A stretch of DNA of 64,000 bases. It comes from the human T2T-CHM13v2.0 reference genome, Homo sapiens. The position numbers and the translations under genes are program-made. Positions within the stretch are counted from its first letter, which is position 1, and the number at the start of each line of letters is the position of its first letter. A model generated the notes under the pieces. The model had not been told where the DNA came from. It saw nothing but the letters and a program-made list of their open reading frames with translations, and did not search any database. Positions 36,760 through 48,371 of this stretch are shown in pieces. The DNA is taken from NCBI RefSeq assembly GCF_009914755.1, contig NC_060942.1, one strand, 5' to 3'.

Positions 36760-38035
36760 GTGTCCCAGAGGAGGAATGTGGTATCATGTCACCAACCAAG
36801 GCTTTGCATTTACTTTTTTTTTTTTTTGAGAAGCATGATGGCAGCTCATGGCTCAAGCAAACTTTTAGTATTTGGACCTGTCCAGTGCTCTGTATCAGAC
36901 AGTAAGAGCCCTTAACTTAGCAATGAGAGCCTCATCGCTTTTTGATGGGGTTATGGCATTTGCACCTTCTGGCTTACTCAAGCTTGGATCATACAAGTTG
37001 ATGTTCTTTGAGAAGTCCACCTTAATCCAAAGCATCTGCTCCCCATCACCAAGATAACAGTGCTTATGTTCTCTCCTTAGCCTAGTGAAGTTTTCCATGG
37101 TGGTAAGCCTGACTACAAGATTTTATCTAGATTTCTTTGGATCAGCTTCTCAGTCTACAAAATAAGTCATTTTTATTATTATAAAAAACTCAGTCTGGAG
37201 CAGTAAGAGCCTATGAATAATATTCAATGCCTCATGTATGGTTTCCCACAGGAGTTTGCCTGTCTCGGGGGAATCTCCCAGATAGAGACAAAGCTCCCTT
37301 ATAGCATATAGCAGGACTCACTGCAGAAATCTCTGAGGTTATTTATGGACCTTTCTGAATGGATCTAAGATAGCAATGATAGATACAGGCGCTTTAAGAC
37401 TACCCAGCTGTTGCCATTTTTCCTTAACGAGTATGGGCCCTGCCTCCTAATCTCACAAGTGAATCAGACAAGAACCGGGTGATTCACTTGGCTTCTGCCC
37501 ATAGTTTTCGAGCAGTTTCCCTGTTTTATGCCCAGTGTAGAAGCACATTTTTGTAACTGTTGTCTGAAATGGAGAAGATCTTGCTGAGCATCTAGGACAC
37601 ATCTTAGGATCACTTGTTATTGCTGAGGACACAGAAGTTTTTCCTAGACTGGTAGAGGAATTAAGCAATTGAATCCATCCACATAGTCCCAGGAAATTTA
37701 AATGGGCTGGCAGATCCCTGAATTTTATCTGGGTTTATTAGCCAACAGGGAAGACCGGCAAGGAAGTTTCCCTCCCAGAGAAGAGTTAGCAACAACTGGG
37801 ACATAGTTTGGGCAACTCTTGGTGCTCTGCCTGCCACATCCCAAATTTTTCCTCATCTAATTATTAATAAACTAGAGAACCATTTTTTGTCCACTAGACT
37901 ATGGAATTTTTCCACATAGTAGCTACTAATTCCTAAAGTCCTCTCTCAAATCTCCTTAATTCATTCACAAGGCCTTTATACTTCTGTTTTCAGAAAGCCA
38001 AGTCTCTGTCATAATCCTATGTTCATCACCTAACC

Positions 38036-38543
38036 TGTCAAGAACTTGGGAAGTTCTACAATTTTATTGTACTTTCAAGTGCACAGTTAGTGCATTCTAG
38101 TTTCATGTATGGTAATAGAAGACACAAGACCCAAGTCAGAGAGGACTGCTTATTACTCCAAGTGATAATAGTAGTAAGAGCATCAACATGTTCAGGCCAG
38201 TTTCTGGAGCCTATGCTTCTACAGGAAAATGAGACAAGGAACCCAGGATGCCTGCACTGAATTGTGTTACAGGGGATGAACTCTGAGGTTAGGGATTTCT
38301 AATCTCTTATAAATAGAATAAGCATGGCTACCCTTAGCTCTGAAGGGAGACATTACCTTTCCTATGTTAGAAAGTAAGAATATCTGCCCTTTGCTACAGA
38401 ACGGTATAATCTCTCTATATTCTAAGGCTGTTCACTATAAACACAACCTTAAAAAAGACAGTCTGGAACAAAGAGCTGTCAATGTCTTGCTTATAAGACT
38501 TGCAGATATTCTCAAGAAACCTATGGATAATTGATTTCCAACA
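38036..38543 (-). mobile_element. ERVL LTR (LTR47-like), 5' LTR of the adjacent provirus
   Basis: TG...CA termini. The reverse strand reads tgttggaaatcaattatccataggtttct...ctctttgttccagactgtc...gtttatagtgaacagccttag...ttcttgaca. It is followed by a degenerate PBS-like taggtgatgaacataggat. Confidence 0.7.
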
Positions 38544-38904
38544 CTAAATAATTCAATTAAAAACAATTCAAGTGAGTCAGAAATATTAACTAATATTTCT
38601 GGTAGAAGTAACAGAATCAACAAAGAAAATTTTAAGCTGCTGTTTGAAAACAAACTGCATTCATTTTATTACCTTACATTGTCTCATACGAGCTTCTAGG
38701 CTTCACCAGTAGTTAAGGCCCATTGGTTTTAAGGAAGAATTTTGTCTTCAAAGGATGAATTTTGTTTAACAGGGTAAACTTCATTAGGACTTTTACTTAG
38801 GGACCTTAGTCCTGGCAGAATGGCAATGGGGAGCCTGGGGTTTTGACCCTTTGAATTCAAACAGCCCCATAATACTTGGGAGAGCTTTTAAAGGTAAAAA
38901 TAAA

Positions 38905-39059
38905 GCTGGGCATGTTGGGGCATGCCTATGGTCTCAGATATGCAGGAGGATTGCTTGAGCCCAGGAGTTGGAGGCTGTACCGCACCAATGATCACACTTG
39001 AGAATAGCCTTTGCATTTCAGCCCAGGCAACATTAGCAAGTTCCCATCTCTTAAAAAAA
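38905..39059 (+). mobile_element. FAM (fossil Alu monomer)
   Basis: Monomer with the FAM-diagnostic segment gaggctgta...atgatcacacttgagaatagcc...gcaacattagcaag...tctcttaaaaaaa. Confidence 0.8.
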
Positions 39060-39768
39060 CATAAAAATTACACATGTTAGAAATTTACATAATATAAGCA
39101 TGCTATATCTGTTCATTAATGAAAATTCAAAAGTTAAAGAAATAGAATGCTTGATTTATATGCCAATGATTTTTTTTTAAAAAAGAACACTCTTCTTTTG
39201 AAAGTGTTTTTAAAACACAGCGTAGGCAATATCATGGCATATACATGAAGAAACTCTGTCCTAACATGCTGATCAGATTGTATTCCCTGTAAAAACCCGT
39301 TCCACTAAAATGATGATGGAGGATGGGAAATGTCTCTTTAAGATGCTGGAGGCTTAATAGGACTCAAAGCCTTAAATTCTCCATTTGAAAGAGAACAGTG
39401 TGGTTGGGCCTCATGCCCCATTTCCTTCTACATTAATTTTTGCTATAGGGGGTTTTTGACATGAAGGAGAGAAGTCCTAGGGCTGTGCATAATGTTCTGC
39501 CCATATTGTAATAGAAACCTGCCAGATGCTTCCCTTCCAAAGGAGAGGGATGAAGGTCAATGGGTAAGTGTGCTTGTTGTGAAGCGTTTTTTACTGGCTG
39601 AATTATACCTGCCGTGTCAGCAGTACCCAGACTCACCTCTGAGGAAGAGCAGAGGGAGGATAAAGCAAAGGAGAATTTCAGGTGGTAACTTAGTGCAGAA
39701 GAACAGCACTTAGGGAATATTGGTGGTGAAGAGAACTCTACGCCCTTATCAAAGGTCATACATAGGAG

Positions 39769-39798
39769 TCTCTCTCTCTCTCTCTCTCTCCCCCTCTC
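39769..39798. repeat. (TC)n microsatellite
   Basis: Direct reading. Confidence 0.9.
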
Positions 39799-40205
39799 AC
39801 TTGCTCTTCCTGTCTTTCAATATCCCTTCAGAAGGAACAAGTCATGTGTTTTTGATACAAGATACATTTTTCTTCTGTTTATTATTCTCCTTGTCACCTC
39901 TGATTATCCTGTTTTCTCTCTAGCTAGTTCTGGAAACTTGTTTCATTGATCTTAAAGACATACGGAGAAGGTGTTTATTATGTGTGCTTGTCTAGTGTTC
40001 ACCTGTACCTGTGTGTTTATGTGAATGTATTTGTGTGCGTACCTGTGATTAGAAAGCTTAGGGGTACTTAAGGAGCTTCCGTTTGTCTTTATTTTTGGTT
40101 TACAGTGGTCGGGATTCTGATAATTGTCTTATATTCCTCCTTTATTGTTTCTTGGGCCTTGGAGTCTCCTCTGACCTTCACTTCCCTTGTTTTCTGTGGT
40201 TTTAG

Positions 40206-40281
40206 GATCTGGATTTAGCTGCGATTGGGAGCTCAGACATCAATTATGAAGCAGAGGATGTGCTTTGAAACTAGAGAACCG
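40206..40281 (+). other. Candidate 76-nt exon
   Basis: Branch-like ctctgac, pyrimidine tract cttcacttcccttgttttctgtggttttag, and donor ccg|gtgagt. Lies in unique sequence. Motif evidence only. Confidence 0.4.
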
Positions 40282-41114
40282 GTGAGTCTGTTTGGTGAGA
40301 TTCAATAATGTTCCAAGTAGAAGAACATTTGCTTAATTAACATAGAGTTTTTCTACATATACTATGTAGAATCTTCATCAACTAAGCTTCTCAATGTTCT
40401 TGCTGTATATCAGTGTGACTGAAAATGGCAGTGTGAGACTATGATTTTTATTACTATAAATGCTCACTACCACTTCAGGTGCATGACGTAACCACCAAAT
40501 TATGGACGGCTGTGGGATGAGGCAGGCAACAGGAGCCTGAACCAGGATTGGTCCCAGGAGCTGAGCCTGGGGATTAAACGGGAAAGGAAAAAACAATATT
40601 CTGAGATAGGAGTTAGGCAGGAGGAGCATCCTTGAAGATGGGGTCTGAGCATAGGAACTGGGCAGGGTTGAAGCTTGAGCTATGTCAAAATATATATCAA
40701 AGAACAACAACCGTTTTTTTTTTTTAATTAAAGCCTCAATTTACTCACTTGCTAGGTTAACGAACAGGCAGTAGCAATGAAATTCTCTGAGTAGTACTCA
40801 AAAGAGAAAAACGATCAGAGTTTTCAAACTGTTTCAAAGGGTTACCGCTGTTTTGAAAACTGGAATCTTAAGCAAAGTTCATAATGGCTAAATATATTTT
40901 ATTACTTATGAATAAAGGACATATTTTCAGTTCTGGCGTACCAAGGTTACCTAAAGCTCTTGGTGGTTCATGTTTTTCCACTGTTAGAACCAGTTGCAAA
41001 GAAACACAACACGTAATTTTGTTATTTGTCACCCAAGCAGCCATAAATGAAAGTTTTTATGTTTTAAAGAAATACAAGCAAATTGAATAAAAAGAAGAAC
41101 ATTTAGGCCATGGT

Positions 41115-41560
41115 GAAGGTTGGCTTCTCTAGAAGCGGATGCTAAGATGAGGTTCAGGATGTAAGATGTTAATCAGGGATCAATTCTTTTGAAAGGAGGG
41201 GGAAAAAGCATGATTTGTAAAGAAAGAGAAGGCAAATTTCCACACAGGGCTAGCAAAACTTCAGCTAGCCTGGGTCAGCTGAAGGAGGCGCATCCTTGAA
41301 GATAAGGTCTGAGCATAGGTACCAGGCAGAGTTGAAGCTCGAGCTATGTCAAAAACTAAACCAAAGAACAACAAACCGCTAATAGGGCCAGGCCCTTACA
41401 CCCTTACCGTATTTGGGCATTGCATATGAACTTCCTAAGAAATGGTGTGTCCTTGGGTGGGTGGCTCTCTGCAGCTAAGGCAGACCCTGAAGTTGTTGGT
41501 ATTTGCAGACTGTCTGCTGCTTACATGTTTACATACCTCATGGCCGAGCAGCAATTCCTA
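41115..41560 (-). mobile_element. LTR16-family (ERVL) LTR with a foreign ~95-bp insert
   Basis: ggttggcttctctagaagcggatgctaagatgagg...gggatcaa...gggccaggcccttacaccc...gtgtccttgggtgggtggctctctgcagctaaggcagaccctgaag. Confidence 0.7.
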
Positions 41561-41589
41561 ACCGAATACAAAGAAGGCCTGATCCAAAA

Positions 41590-42440
41590 ATAAACAAAAC
41601 CATGGAAGGTTTGAAAAAAACACTTCACAAAAAAATACATGAATGTCCAGGGATGCTAATTTGTACATGTGATATGATAGAGTATATTTGCATATATCAT
41701 TAGACATCAGTAAAATTAAAGCCAAAAAGAAATATCATTACACAGCTACCTGTCTAATATTACAAATAGGGACAAATTTCAAGAGTTATAAAAAATGTGG
41801 AGCCACAAGAATACTCATATACTGCTGAGATTTAACATTATACAACTACTTTGGAAAATAGTTGGATAGTTTCTTTAAAAGTTTTAAAAAACTACCATAT
41901 GGTCTACCAATTCCACTCTTTATTATGTATCCAAGAGAAATAAAAATAGGTGGCCATACAAGTGTGCATAAATGTTTATAGTAGCTTTCTTCATAATAGC
42001 CAAATCTTAGAAATTATTGAATCTCACCAAACAGACTCACTGGTTCTCTAGTTTCAAAGCACATCCTGTGCTTCATAACTGATGTCCCCAAAATGTATCA
42101 AAAGATGGAAGGAATATCAATCATCAACATAAAGAAACAAACAACGGATACACACAATTCCAAAAACATAATGCGGAGCCAGACAAGAGTGCATCATGTG
42201 TGATTCCAATTATGTAAAACTGTAGAAAATGATTTAATCTACACGGTGACAAAAATCTCATCAATGCTCTCCTGAAGCTGAGGGCCAAAGAAGAGACTGA
42301 CTAGAAAAACGTGTAAGGCAATATATTGAACTAGAAGAAATGTTCTATCTTGTTAGATTTTGTTGGTGTAAACATTTGTTTAAATGTATCAACTATATAC
42401 ATAAAATAGTCATTTTATGTAAATTATACTTTAATAACTA
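41590..42440 (+). mobile_element. Old L1ME/L1MC 3' region
   Basis: tatacaactactttggaaaatagttgg...caattccactc...atgtttatagtagcttt...attttatgtaaattatactttaataa. Confidence 0.7.
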
Positions 42441-42464
42441 TATAAAATATTTGTACCTGACATT

Positions 42465-42600
42465 TTGGATATCTTTATTGCCATATAATTCACATATTGT
42501 AATATTCACATGTTTAAATTGTACAATTCAGTAGTTTTTGGTATGTTGGATTTGCACAATAACTAAAATCTAAGCATAGACAATTTTCATCATTGTTAAA
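42465..42600 (-). mobile_element. L1MB/ME 3'-end fragment
   Basis: ctttattgccatataattcacata...ttcacatgtttaaattgtacaattcagtagtttttggtat. Confidence 0.6.
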
Positions 42601-44904
42601 TAAATGTCCTAAAAGAAACGACTTTATGAGTAGTTTTTTCTCTCATCTTTCTCCCTATTTCTTGCTCATCCTCTCTTTTTCTCCATATGTAGAATAAACA
42701 TATCTACAATGCTTCTAGCATCTGCTTCTAGATTTTTTATTTCTCCATCTGTAGAATAAACATATGAATGACACAATGTAGTTTATATATACATTAGTTT
42801 GTAAACATTTACCTAAGTAACTACAATTATTTGTAAAGCTAAACATAAATCCAAATATTCAAGTTTATGAATATTTAATTTATGTAAGCATTTCCCCACT
42901 ATTGGAAATATAGTTTATTTTATTGAAGGCTTTTGAAAAAAGTAAACTATGAGATATAGAATATATTAACAGCTTTTTTGTTTGTTTAAATGAAAACAAT
43001 TGCCTTATTTCTTACCTTCTTTCTAATGAAAAATAATGATTCCAAAAGATTAATAATGAAGAATGTTTAGGGATCATTTTTATCAATTTTTAACTATCAA
43101 TTGAATTTTTAATTGTTAATTTAATCACCACACTGCTAATTAAAATTATGGATTAATGGTTAATGAATAATTTTGATTAATCTTTTGGAATCAGTTAATA
43201 GGAATATAGAATTTTGATAATTACTTGGATTTAAAATCATTGCTTCTTTTAGCATTACATTTGTGATTTTGTGATTTGGGTGTTACTAGATTTTAGGGAG
43301 ATATTTTAAATTATGAAACCCGGAAAACTAAAGATATTTTGAGTAACTAGTGCATATATTATTTTGGGAAAAAAAAAGATTACAGTAAAGCCATTAGTAG
43401 AGGTTACCTTTTTTTGCCCTTGGAGTAATCAATGCACTCACTCAACACACCTTCCTAGGAGAAGATGCGAGAGTTGTAGAAGTTCAAAACACAAAACAAG
43501 ATTTCTTTTCATCTTTACATATCTGACCCATAATGTTTCAAGAGATAAATTTTGGAGGGGAGTCATCTACAGGAACCTCTTCTCAGTCACAAAGAAGTGA
43601 AGTTCTAAGATGCTGGGTTTTTGGTCTTACATGTCATTGAAATTGGCTTCAATAACATAGTGGAAAACTACCTGAGTGGTATCAGGTTCACTAGTTTTCA
43701 CATAAACCTTTGTTTGTTTGTTTGTTTGGATGGTCAAGAAGCTCTATGCCTGCTGTTACTGGCATTGTTTTATTGAGAGTGTGAACCATAATGAGCAATT
43801 GGTATTCTCCCAAGATGTGTGCATAAAAGACTTCTGTAATCAAAATGTTGAAGGCCTGGGAAACTCTTTTGACTTGGAGGGCCAGAGAGTCAGTCTTTAA
43901 GGAAACAAATCAATTATTTTCAAATAAGTACGAGATAAAGCTTGACATTGCTATCCCATTTGTGGAGACAGGTAGGATTTATTTGTCTGTTAATGTACAC
44001 AGGTCAGCCATTGCTCCTAGAAGTGTCCCACCAGAGGAATAAACATTCTTTGATTTGCAGTATTATTTGAGATGTCAGTTGGATCAACTTTTCACTTCAT
44101 GTAGCTAGCCTTCTTGAACTCTTAATATGCTTTTTTTTTTCTGTTAGAGATAGGGCAATAGATCATTTACTCTAGATAAATAATTATTGTTTGGTGATTA
44201 GTATCAGTCACCTTAAAAAAATAATATTTCCTTTATAGGACCAAAGCAATCTTGTTCAATTCTGCACTACTGGCTATGAATATAAAAAGAAACATATTTT
44301 GAGAACATATTTGTAGTCTCAATCCCCAGAAGATACTGTTTGTGAATTACGGGACTCAATACAGCCTTTCACTGTGTAGGTAAGTTTTATTACTAGTCTA
44401 GGTTTCAGGCACATCTGTAGATATCGAGCATAAAGCATCTAAATAAGTATTTCCCAAAATATTCCTCTATTCCCTTAATATGTTCTGATAATAATTTACA
44501 GTGTTTAATAATTTGAGATGATATATACAACCTTCTCCCCAAGTTGTAACACAAAGAGAGTCGCTGGAACCTGTAGAATTACACACTGTGGGAAGATTTT
44601 CACTGGTCATCTTTTTTTTCTCTTTTTTATCCTTTGATAAAATTGAATGGTGAGTCCATCAAATAAGCAACATTTAATCAGCTTGAGTTCAGGTAGGCCT
44701 AGTGATAATGTTTTACTTTAAATCTTTTCTTAATTTGAAATTTTACTATTATCAAATCTAGTTATTGTAATTCCAATTCATGACTCCTCCATGTAACTCC
44801 TGCAGATTTAGAAACTTTAGGGATTTTATGTTGGGGTCATTTGTTTTCTTTGATCTCTGAAGCATTTTTTCCTGTGCTTTTCTTATGCACAATATGTTCC
44901 TCCT

Positions 44905-45085
44905 CAGGACTTCTCAGATTATGATGCCAGTCATCGGCAATAACTAGAGATTTTAAAACTAGAGATAGTAAAATGCATATTTACAGTGGGTCTGGAGTGG
45001 GCACTGGGGACCTGGTTTGCATTTGAGACAAGGAATCCTTTTTATTCTGATGTAGGTGGTTCACTGACTACCACTGAGAAGAACA
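44905..45085. mobile_element. MER5A-like MITE remnant
   Basis: caggacttctcaga...cagtgggtctggagtggg...tgcatttgagacaag...attctgatgtaggtggttcactgactaccactgagaa. Confidence 0.45.
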
Positions 45086-45296
45086 GTTTTGCCTAATGTT
45101 ATGTCTATACCATATCTCCCTAGTTATACTATCAGATTCTTTAGCTTTCTGTGTGAGGAATTCATAGCATTGACCATGGTTGGCATCTAGAATATATTTC
45201 TTAAATCAATTACCACTTAATCCAGTTTCATCAATAGCTTCACTTGGTGCTTATTCATGGCCTATGGCTTGTTAGTTGGATGTCTGTCTCCCTCAT

Positions 45297-45407
45297 GCCT
45301 GCTTGCCTGCCTGCCTGCCTGCCTTCCTGCCTTCCTTCCTTCCTTCCTTCCTTTCCTTCCTTCCTTCCTTCCTTCCTTCCTTCCCTCCCTCCCTTCCCTC
45401 CCTCCTT
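45297..45407. repeat. Compound (CCTG)n(CCTT)n(CCCT)n microsatellite
   Basis: Direct reading. Confidence 0.95.
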
Positions 45408-47119
45408 GTTTTTTCCCCCTAGTGTCTATCAAGAGAGATTTTCCCGAGGCCTAGAAATGCTTGAGAATCACCACAAAATGAATCTAATTGTACCTGGGCT
45501 AATCTTTTAATTAATATAATGTTTCATACAATTTAAATAAAAATGTATTGAAATGACTTATTTTTAATTGGTTATCAATTGTGGTCTGGATTTGTTTTTT
45601 TCAATTGGAAGACATGACACATACTTCTGCCTAGCACTTGTTAAAAATTACATTACTGTTTTGATAGACAAAGTGGTAAAAATAAATCCCTTGCTAACAT
45701 TGTCTGGGATATCATTTGTTATTATTAGTGGAGATGGGACGCCAAGTCCCTGGAATGCTAAAATAAGGAAGATGAAGTAACAGAACATTATAAAAACAGA
45801 TGTGATGGGGAAATGGATTGGAAATTAACAAAGAGATACAAGAACTTAGAATCAGTAATGCTGGCTCTATTTTTGTTTCATTTATTTATTTTAGAACTAT
45901 ATTTTGGAAATTGGTGTCTGTGCTTCACCTGAGAAGTTGAAGGGTTTTTTGTTTTTTAATGTCTTCTGTGAACAAGCTTTTTTTTTTTTTTTTTTCAGAA
46001 ATTTCAAGTTGAAATTAGCTGAAATAATTCTTAAAGAGACAATGCTATGCCATTATGGAGATAGCAGGAGTAACAATTGAAAGCTATGAAACTGTAGGGA
46101 AACAGTAACTCATTCTGAAGCCAATTTTTATATTGCTATTGCAGACTTACCACTCAGTGGTCACTCTATCTACTCTGTCATCTTCAAGTTCACAGCAATT
46201 ATTTAGAGAGATGGTTTCTGTCTTGATAGACAAGATGCAAAATACCAGAACATCTACTGAAAATTAAACAGGGAAGACAGAGGTAAATTGAAAAACCTAG
46301 AGATGTGATTAGTTTGTTGGATTAGATGTTCACAAATTAGCTCTGCAGTCTCGAGTGTTGAATAAAGGTTTTAAAGAATGAGTTGCAATACACTCGAGGC
46401 AACTTAAAACATATATGAACAAAGGCATGTCAGGAAAGTTTTTTAAAAAACTACATACTGGCTATATTCTGAAACCATAGCAATACAATGAATTCAATAG
46501 ATTGAATTTTTCCCATATCCTAAGAAAAGGCAAAATTCAATAGAATATTACTTTTTCTTATCCCACAAAGAAAAAAATAACAGTGAAATTTAATTCAAAT
46601 TCAACCAAGCCCATGTGAAATGGCTGTGTATAAGAAACTGGAGTTCCATTCAAAAATGTTTTTAAGAATATAGATAGATGCTTATTTGTATTATAAACTC
46701 AGCTATTATTCATGAATTCATGAAAACTCCATATAAATTTTTTTGAATCTATAAATATCAACGTTATTTGTAGTTAAAATTAGATAAGTTGAGAAGTGAT
46801 AAGTATTGGATGTTTCATCATTTAGAACTAGAACTTTGAAAGGTAGAAAATTTTGTGATGAATTTCAAAATAACCAAATAATATAATAAATAGTGTTTAA
46901 CACAGTTATTATGCAGATGTAGATGAACACGTAAAATGTAAAAAAGTGAACACTTGCTGACTGACAACTTTGAATGATTTCCTCTCATTTTTAAGTTGAT
47001 GTCCAAAACTCTTGACAAGAAATTTCTTGACCTGTCCAGAGCCTCTCTGTTCAACTCTCAAGCTTTTCTGACATCTTCTTACCATCTGAAACCATTCTAA
47101 TTCTCCCTTATCTCACTCA

Positions 47120-47900
47120 AAGAGCCATTCTCTGCCTCAGAACCTTTGCCCATTTAATTTCCTCTGCCTGGAATGACAATTCACTCTCTTTTGATTCACA
47201 ATTCAGCTTCCACCTCTCCCTCCCTCCCCAGCTTCTGGACTTTCCCACTTTCCTGCCTGCCCTGGCCTGACTCCTGTGTTGTGACCTCATATTTCCTTAC
47301 AATAATGAGCTTTATGACACACTATTCTAATTATCCACCGAATAGTCTGTCTTTTTGGCTAGTGATGGGGTTTGGATCTATATACCCACTCAAATCTCAT
47401 GTTCAATTGTAATTCCCAATGTTGGATGTGGGGCCGGGTGGGAGGGGATTGGATCATGGGGGCAGTTCCTCATAATGCTTTAGTTCCATCCCCTTGGTGC
47501 GGTTCTCATGATTGTGAGTTCTCAGGAGATCTGGTTAATTAAAAGTGTGTAGCACCTCCCCCCCCCCCCCAATTCTCTTTTGTTCCTGCACTGGCTGCTT
47601 AAGATGCACCTGCTCCCACTTTTCCTTCCACCATGATTTTAAGTTTCCTGAGGCCTCCCCAGAAGTCAAGCAGATGCCCAGCACCATGCTTCCTGTAAAG
47701 CCTGCAGAACTGTGAGCCAATTAAACCTCTTTTTTTATAAATGACCCAGTCTCAGATATTTCTTTATAGCAATGACAGAATGGCCTAATACAGCTAGGAA
47801 AGAGTGGATTTTCTACCACTCTTCTTCATTGCCATCCATATGACACAGAGTGTAATATATAGGAGGTGCTCCAAGGTATTATTAAATGAGTAAAAGAATT
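47120..47900 (+). mobile_element. L2 3'-end fragments, split by an MST LTR
   Basis: ctcagaacctttgcccatt...cctctgcctggaatg on the left. acagagtgtaatatataggaggtgctccaaggtattattaaatgagtaaa on the right. Confidence 0.6.
47363..47792 (+). mobile_element. MSTA/MSTB solo LTR
   Basis: tgatggggtttggatc...caaatctcatgttcaattgtaattcccaatgttgg...tggcctaataca. Perfect 5-bp TSD gctag. Confidence 0.92.
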
Positions 47901-48073
47901 GAGCATTTAAGTCATCAAAGAATGTATATTTGAAAAGGTGTATGCAGCCTTCTTTAACTCAGAAGTCTGATACCATCACTCACAGGTGGCCATGCTACTT
48001 CTACTCAAATAATTCCATTCATAATTAATATTTTCAGGCAGTGATTTCACTTCTTTCCCTCAAATAAATTTCC

Positions 48074-48371
48074 TTTTTTTTTTTTTTTTTTTTTTTTTAG
48101 AGAATGTCTCACTTTGTCGCCCAGGCTGGAGTGCAGTGGCACAATCTTGGCTCACTGGAACCTCCGCCTCTCATGTTCAAGGGATTCTCCTGCCTTAGCC
48201 TCCTGAGTAGCTGGGAGATCATGAGAATGCCTGGCTAATTTTTGTATTTTAGTAGAGATGGGGTTTCACCATGTTGGCCAGGCTGGTCTCAAACTCCTGA
48301 CCTCAGGTGATCCACCCACCTCGGCCTCCCAAAATGCTTGGGATTACAGGCGTGAGCCACTGTGCCCAGCC
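48074..48371 (-). mobile_element. AluS (Sx-like)
   Basis: Poly(T), then reverse Alu dimer ending gagccactgtgcccagcc. A short altered segment lies at ~48216-48228. Confidence 0.92.

Larger units (their letters stand above)
33806..38035 (-). mobile_element. ERVL-class proviral internal region (decayed gag/pol), truncated in integrase
   Basis: Minus-strand peptides match HERV-L-type pol: PLGFW...QLLACHWVIVEMECLT (~34980-34880), KMGRTQ..FFKWKCY, AWFNDGLA, WTELTAI, AWVVANSL (RNase H), and integrase DNGEHFITKSTQQW..HAPNHLQA (~33880-33806). Confidence 0.8.
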
